Notes under the pieces: model-generated
Database searches by the model: none
What the model was told of the DNA's origin: nothing
Seen by the model: only the letters and a program-made list of their open reading frames with translations
Shown: positions 56,401 to 64,000 of the stretch, piece after piece
Position numbering within the stretch: the first letter of the stretch is position 1
How the letters are laid out: each line of letters opens with the position of its first letter
Program-made: the position numbers and the translations under genes
Assembly: GCF_964204645.1 (NCBI RefSeq)
Contig: NC_134028.1
Coordinates: 4,650,001-4,714,000, forward strand
Direction: 5' to 3'
Length of the DNA: 64,000 bases
DNA from: Tubulanus polymorphus
Lineage: Eukaryota; Animalia; Nemertea

Positions 56401-59400
56401 TGATTGTTAAGTAGGCTGATTATTAAGTAGGCTATACGATGGAATTTCGGGGTCATTTCGTACGGGAGTCTGACTGTCATAAAAGAGTAGCACGTAAGCA
56501 GTGTGAAGCTGACTGGTGAGTAGTCACTGCTCAGTCAGTGCTACATGTTTTATGTCATGTAGGCCACTCACTCAATCTTATGAATAAAGGGTCGATCATG
56601 TAGTATAGCAATAGGTTGTCTCAGGGTCGCGTCGTGCAGGGCTGCGCTAGGTGAGCTTCATCGAAAGCATTTCGATTTCTTTTTCAAGCGCGGTTGAACT
56701 CGCTGTTTAAGTCGTCATAGTTGTGATATGATCATTCTATCGATGACTTATCCATATAATGACTTACAATTAGTAAATTGAATTCAAAATACAAATTGGT
56801 AACTACTATAAAATAGAGATGACTTCATTAGTAAAACGATTAAACACAACAAGTTTTATTGCATTTTTTGCCCTGTGATCACCAGTGGCCAGTTGCACAG
56901 TTGTGGCTTAAGTCCAAATGTGGTCTTAAATTTTAAGACTAGTCTTAAGTTGTTAGATTGGCTATAGAACTAAGTTGATCTTAGACTGGTCTTAAGTCCA
57001 AGCCGTGACTGTGCTTCTGGCCCCAGGCAGTCATCGTGTAGAAACTGTTTTTGTCGTATTGTAATCAATGGTTTTTGTATATTTTCAGATGCATGGAGTT
57101 TATCAGAACGGGGAAGAACTGAATCACTGGTCATCGTTTAACGGTTTAATCGGATTACAGAACTCTAATAACCCTCCCGATCCTCACTGGCAGACGCCCC
57201 TACCACCTCCTCAACCTTCGAATCAATGGACTCATCAAATACCGTTAAAACAACCTGCGATTGATTACACCGATTATCATCATCACAATGGTTTAAACTC
57301 TGGCTCGATGCTGTGGGATCGCCTGGCGACATCCGGGTCCGTTTTACCTTCGTTCTCTCAACAGTTTTCACCGAAGGATCGGTTTACAACGTCCGGGTCG
57401 ACGTCCGGGGCGGGGCCCGTGGCGATGACGAACGATAATTCGAACGCAGCTGTCTCCGGATTACCTAGCTTCTCTTCCAGTTTCTCGATGACAAATCTGG
57501 ACGATTTACAGAATTCGGACGTGACGTCAGGTTTTACTGGTCATACCAGCGTGTGGAATCAGTATCCTCCATCACAGCAGCAGCAGCAGCAGCAGCTTCC
57601 TACCTCTAATCATTCATCATTCGGTGCATTTACACCGGTTAATCTAGCCTCCACCGGGGGCAGCACGGGTACCATGCAGACAGATCATATACAGCAATAT
57701 CCAATGTATCAACAACAAATGATGCGAGATCCTCATCATCCGTCGACTTCCTCACATCAGCAGCAGCAGCAGCCAGGGGGCGCTCCTAGGTTCGACCACA
57801 ATATGGATACATCTCCGTATAATTTCACCAGTCATCTAACGGATATATCAGGTGGAAATAATAAACAGAAAACAGCACCTGCAGGTGTAGCAGCAGCAGC
57901 AGCAGCAGCTGCGAACAGTCGTATGATGGGCGCGAAGAAACCGAGACCGGACGATGAAGATTCTCCTAAACGCCGCATCGCGAAGAACAAATCGACGAAT
58001 CCTGATGAATTAGCGAGAATTCAGGAGATCATCGACATGGTAGCGAAGGGCGGAGGTAAAATGCCAACGATCGATGGAGTCGGTCCGATCGGTCCGCTCG
58101 ATTTACCGCCGGTCCGACCGCCGGTGAATGATCGGCAATCACCTCCGAAAAATAAAAGGCGCAAGAAAAAACAAACTATCGATAAGACGGACGGGTTTCA
58201 AAATGCCGGATTGATGTTCGCAGCTGGAGGAGCAGGACGAGCCGGAGGAGCTGGAGGTATGAGACACGACATGGGATATTCTAATAATTACAACACCATG
58301 AATCATCACATGCCACAACATCATCAACATTTACCACCAGCGGCAGGATTCACTCATCATCATCAGTACCCATCACCTGGAAACGGTTCTTATCATCATC
58401 AGCCTCCTTTACACAGTTCATTCTATCCTCCTCAACATTCGCAACATCCTCAACACCACCCGAACATGATGTCACCCCCGATCGGTCAACAACAACAACA
58501 ACCGTTTCATGGCATAGTGCCAGCTGGTGGATATCATCAACAACTGCATCATCAACAACCGCAGCAACACAGCCCGTCGATAAATTCGAATCATTCGCCG
58601 TGGCAACCGCAGCTGAATCCATCGTTTCTTCCGACCGGAGAAAACCGCGATTTAGCGACGAACAACAATTCGTCGGTTTCGAAACCGCTGACGACGACGA
58701 CGACGACTAGCGCAACCGGTTCTAACGATCAGGAACTTCAACAGATTCTAGACATGGTTCTACAGAAAACCAACGATAACGAGTTCGGAAATTCGCCGAG
58801 TCCGCTCGATCCGAATAACCGATCGAATCTGAACGATTTCTCATTGACGTCGTTCAGTAGTTCGAACGCAACGAGCTCCGCGCTGGACGACAATAAACTG
58901 AACGTCGTATTCAATAAACAATACGATAGTAATACAGCTGAACATAATCTACCGAACTCGGAACAGAGCGTAGCGAAACGATGCGCCGAGAATACCGATA
59001 CCAAAAACAACGCAGCGACGCTGACTAATCAGATACCGTATCCTAAAACATCGAATACCGCGCCCGACGCTAAACCATCAGATAATGGTCACTCAGTGGG
59101 ACACTCGTCTGGACACTCAGTGGGACAGTCGGCCGGTACTGGTTACCCGCTACGCGCTGATAGTAACTTTCAGTCGAATGCTTCACTGCCTACGTTTCAC
59201 CAGAGTTTCAATACTGAGACTTCAGTCGCGCAACAATCTGAGAATAAACAAACTGTAGCTGATATTAGTAAACCTCCTATCGATAGTTTACTGCGAAACT
59301 CTCTTTTAATCAACGCTCATCAGAATAACGACAACAGTTTCAAAAATCACCAACAAAAAACCGATCAAAAAGATGTGAATTCGACGACTTCAGCAGCAGC

Positions 59401-62400
59401 AGCAGCTACTAGCACAGTTACTAGTACTGCAGTCGGTACAGCTGTGCATCAATCGGCTAATTCTGGAACTGATAATCATCATCATCATCAGAGTTTCATT
59501 CCATCATCATCCGTTTCATCATCTGTTTCATCATCCGTTGGATCTAGTGGTCTGAATGGTAATAAAGTTTCTGGTGTAATCCAGTGTCATCCGGAGAAAA
59601 TGGATTGCTCGCCGGTACCACAATCTACAATTAACTTCTCCGGATACAACCAGAACCAGCCCGGTTCTTACCTGTCACAGAACCAGATACGGCCTGGTTC
59701 TTATCAGTTACAGAACCAGCCCAGTGCTAGCCAGCCACTGAACCTGCCCAGTGCTAGCCAGCCGCTGAACCTGCCCAGTGCTATTCAGCCACAGAATCAG
59801 CTCACTTCAAATCCGCCACAGAACCAGCCCAGTTCAGTAAATTGTCTACCTATTAAAACAGAACCACGAGATATGAATTTCGGTGTAAATTACGCGGCGA
59901 ATTCGGCACCGATAAAAACTGAGGATCTTTCGCAACAAACAGCAGAAACTCAGCCTAACTTAGAGATGAGGGAACGCCTGAGGGAACGCCTGAAAAACAA
60001 TGTGAAAATTGAGGCTCCAGGATGTACCTGTTTGGGACAAAACTGTAAGTATCAATTTTATATATACACATTTTAATACACGGTAAAACTAATGTAAAGT
60101 CGTCATTTGGTTAAGTCATCACATTACTGAAGTCATCTTTAATTATGAGTCCCAATTTGTATTTCCAATTCAAGTGTGTGTCATCATTGAAATAAGTCAT
60201 CAACATGATGATCAGCGCAACTAGGATGACTTCAGCGGTATAGATATCCATATGACATAATGCTGAATATCATGAAATAGTAGAATAGCCCCGGTACACT
60301 CTGACGTGGAGAGTAGATTATAAGTTTAAAACCCACTTCTGATATAAAACGAGTTTAAAACCAAAATACATGAAAATTCGAACATCAAAGAGATCATCAC
60401 CTCAAACCTGACGATGGTCTCTAGTGAGAGTTCGAAACTTTGTCTCTTTTGATTTTGATCATTAAGATTCGCTTTTAATCTTTGTTTAAAGTGGGTTTTA
60501 AACCTATTATCATGAAATATTTTATGCTCAAATCAATTTCGAATTTTCGTCTTATTTTGAATTACGCCATTTTGTTATCGGCAATAATGGTTGTTACGGA
60601 TACGATAAATGATCGCGTTATGTCAAAACGCAATCGCTATCGTTTTATATGTAAAGGTGAAGGTCATACGCGTACGGTAGATATGTGGCGTTAATCATTG
60701 TAACGTTTCTAGGAACAGAGTTTAGAAAGAGCGCGCGGGCGATCACCTGACTCATTGTCTACTAGAGACTGATTGCTAGGAAACATTTCACTCACCGGGT
60801 TCGGGTCAATGTTATTGTTACATCTGGCAATGCTACTCTATTACGCGTACCACTTGTACGCCGTTATATCGCCGTTCTACTACGTTAACCCTTAACCCCT
60901 AGCACTATCCTAACCCATAGCGCTACATTGACCCCAATTGCCCGGCAAGCGAGAGATAAGTGGTTCGAGTCCCGGTCTCGGTGGTTGACAGATTTTCGCT
61001 CATCCGCTAGTACTTCACTAATTCTCTAATCACACACATGATTATGATTAGTTACGAGCTCTCCCGCTGCCCGTGCAACGGTGGGGTGTCTCTGCCTTAA
61101 TTAGGTGTGTAATTAATGGTCAAGAGCCCCCAAACCTCTATCTGTGATCCTAACCCCTACCCTGAACCCTACAGCTACGCTACTCTGACCCCTCACTTTC
61201 CTTCAAAGATAAATTTCTTAGTTTGTGATAAGGAAAAAATTTGCTCTCTGCGTTTACGATTATCTTTGCTGAAATTCATTTCTGAATGATCTTGCGTCGA
61301 TGCGAGCGAAAATACGAAATAAAAAGGAATTTATTTCAGAGAATATGCTCTAAGTTGTTCTCCGATTGTGTATTCTAAAATTGTTAATTGAGATCTTAGA
61401 CGGAAGGAGCCGCATGCGGTGCATTGTTTCATTTGTATGGGTAAAACCATATTTCTAATCCACGCGTCGACCCCAGCCTTATAAATATGAATATTAAAAG
61501 TAAAATTAATCTCGATGCTCAGTTGATTAAAAACAGTTGAACAGTGTGATCGTGATTATTGTTATTTACTAAGCGTTTAATGTTTACACGTATCGATCGA
61601 GTTCAACTTGACGGACAAGTTCAAGGTAACGTTACACGCGTGTGTTTATAAACAGACTCCTTCGACGAGTAGAGACATCTATCGGCGTAATACGGAAGCT
61701 TCCATCAAAATAAACAATTGTGACCTTTGCTGCGGTGTGTGTGTGTGTGTGGGAGGGCGTCGGGTGTAAGGGGGCGGCTCTGTCTTGTTTGATAACTACG
61801 CGCTGTGCTCCTCATACATCTCGTTTACAACTACATTTATTCGTGATTCGCGTGTTTAATGGTTAAACCCATCGAGCGCACGCGGCAAAACGTTAGTTTC
61901 ATCAATGCGGGAAACACGTTTTTCATGAAATGTTTCGAATGAGAGTTTCACTCGCAAGCGATGAATTGTTCAAAGCACACGACATAACAAAAACAGGCAG
62001 AAAACAGTGGAATTGCATTGCTACAAATAAATAAATTATTCACAGCAATTATGTGTCGTGTCATGTGATGTTGATCGGTTTTTCGACTGTGGATGTTTCG
62101 TAGAGGACCACGTATGAAACGTGAAACACGTCTTCTCCTTGTCGTGTGTGTTGGACTTCATATTTATTCACGTTTCAAGATACAAAACAAATCAATTTAT
62201 TTATTGTTAGTCAATTCAACGCTTGAATGAGTGTATATGTCATTAGGTTTTTATCAAACGATGGAAATCAATAAGGAATCTTCGGTCGCTTTCCTAATTT
62301 CTGATATGTGGGGGACTAAGAATCAAGATGAAAGTTTATTGCAAATGAGCTACTAGTTAAATTTGATACGCACGCAATCTAGCGAATATGGTCTGACGTA

Positions 62401-63952
62401 AAGGATGTTTTAGATTAAAGTGAAAATCATTTTATTTACAGACGTACATAATGAGAAAGATGAAGGACCTTACTATACACACCTCGGTGCCGCTCGGGAT
62501 ATACCAACAATCCGTAAAATAATGGAAAACAGGTAAAAACAACTCTTCTCAACTGAGTCTGGTTGAGACCACACTGGGCTCAGACCATACCGGGCTCAGA
62601 CTGAGTCTGGGTCAGACCACACTGGGGTCAGACTGAGTCTGGCTCAGACCACACCGGGTCAGACTGAGTCTGGCTCAGACCACACCCGGCACAGACGAGT
62701 CTGGCTCAGACCACACCAGGCGCAGACTGTGTCTGGCTCAGACCACACCGGGCGCAGACTGTGTCTGGCTCATCAAATATCTCTAAAATTAATGAATTTA
62801 TCATTGAAATTACGTACATTTATAGGTTTCAAGAAGCGGGCAACGCTATCAGAATTGAAAAGGTGATATATACCGGAAAAGAAGGCAAGAGTACTCAGGG
62901 ATGTCCTGTAGCTAAATGGGTATGTACAACAACTTATCAATATTCATCCAGTTCCTCAGATCAGTTAGGATTGACTTAGCTAAAATCTGTTCATTTTTTG
63001 ATGGATTAACTTTTTAAGAGTCGAACTTGAACCATGCGGGAATTAAGATTTAACTTAAGATCATACGAAAATCACTAAACTGAATAATGTCTGATAAGTT
63101 TCCAACTAGTAGTTATTTAGAATAATAGCGTTAGCTCAAGGACACTTCTCAGACTTTTTCATTCTTATTGCTGGATATTCTATATAATGCTTACAACATG
63201 TTTCATCAATGGTTGTAATTGTAGATAATTCGTCGGTCCGGACCGGAGGAGAAAGTGCTGGTCGTCGTTCGTCATCGTTCCGGTCATTTCTGTGAGACGG
63301 CAGTAATAATCGTATCGATCGTTGCGTGGGAAGGAGTCCCCAGTCAACAAGCCGATGATTTATATTCATTTCTAACTCGTGTTTTACCTGTTTACGGTAA
63401 TGAAACTGAGAGAAGATGCGGCGCTAATGAACAGTAAGTTTCTATCTATTATTTATAGGGATTTATACGATGAGTGCTCTTCTGAAAATAACCAATGAAA
63501 AACAAACAAGATGATTGAAATATTACTCAAAGAGATTTTACTCGAATTGAAAGCCCGGCTTAGATTGCGTGAAATTGCCTTGTAATTATTAAGTAACGAT
63601 AGATGTAATTCTGACTACCACTTACTACACTTTAAAGTAATCACTTCTCTTTTAGATATAAAAGTATGCCTAAAATAAGATTCATTTTCAATTGAACAAC
63701 TATTTTTGATGTCAAGTTATATCTCATTTATAGTGAAAACTACTGCCCAAAAGAAATGGTAGATAGTCAATTCTGTATATGAATATCTGTTGTTTATGTC
63801 GAAATAGGAAAACGTGCGCATGTCAAGGTTTTGAGGGAAGTACTTCCGGTGCTAGTTTCTCGTTCGGCTGTTCGTGGAGCATGTTTTTCAACGGGTGTAA
63901 ATTCGCTAAGAGTAAACAAGCGAACAAATTCAAATTGAAAGACACGACTTTC
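53409..63952 (+). CDS. TET: TET methylcytosine dioxygenase, 5' part (gene continues past the window end)
   Basis: Exons 53409-53573, 57089-60044 (Q/H/N/S-rich, ends CTCLG), then [90 protein letters not shown] (TET Cys-rich domain). Confidence 0.95.
53930..54228. repeat. 19-bp minisatellite in a TET intron
   Basis: Unit ttcagcccggttgacagtg, about 15 copies. Confidence 0.92.
56886..57024. mobile_element. MITE, inverted copy of the 12512-12650 family
   Basis: ggccagttgcacagt.../...actgtgcttctggcccc imperfect TIRs with CAG on both flanks. Confidence 0.65.
60280..60507. mobile_element. Older fold-back PLE derivative with hammerhead-like core in a TET intron
   Basis: Arms gtttaaaacccactt / aagtgggttttaaac; CTGACGA tggtctctagtgagagttc GAAAC near 60408-60438; 12-bp TSD TATCATGAAATA at 60268-60279 and 60508-60519. 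Confidence 0.7.
62552..62771. repeat. ~30-bp (2 x 15) minisatellite in a TET intron
   Basis: Unit agactgagtctggctcagaccacaccgggc, about 7 copies. Confidence 0.88.
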
Positions 63953-64000
63953 GTAAGTATTCGTCAATTTCACATTTGAATGAATTCTAATGACTTCGAT

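Noticed and set aside
60880-60925. taaccc-like motifs as a telomerase RNA template or telomere
   Set aside because: Degenerate and short, with no pseudoknot or H/ACA features seen; such motifs are common in invertebrate repeats

Overview
Eukaryotic (metazoan, probably marine invertebrate/lophotrochozoan; taxon is an inference) gene-dense, AT-rich genomic DNA with short GT-AG introns. Recognisable genes from left to right: Rac1 (-), a TEX33-like gene (+), a second diverged Rac copy (-), ZNF598 (-), protein disulfide isomerase P4HB/PDI (+), NUF2 (+), an intronless SKI3/TTC37 (-), sorbitol dehydrogenase (+), a CLCA metalloprotease/vWA protein (-) and the 5' part of a TET dioxygenase (+, runs off the window). 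The non-coding DNA holds MITEs, a tRNA-derived SINE and minisatellites. Most notable: (1) a dispersed set of ~200-260 bp fold-back elements, five of them bounded by 11-13 bp target-site duplications, each carrying a minimal hammerhead-ribozyme core (CUGANGA...GAAA) at the centre, i.e. Penelope-like retroelement derivatives, with up to 8 such motifs in 64 kb; (2) a ZNF598 intron built almost entirely from ~12 tandem copies of its own splice-acceptor/exon junction; (3) a Rac duplication with an apparent gene-conversion tract, new cysteines and a 3' end apparently copied from the region downstream of ZNF598. Exon boundaries were read by eye and some may be off by a few bases.
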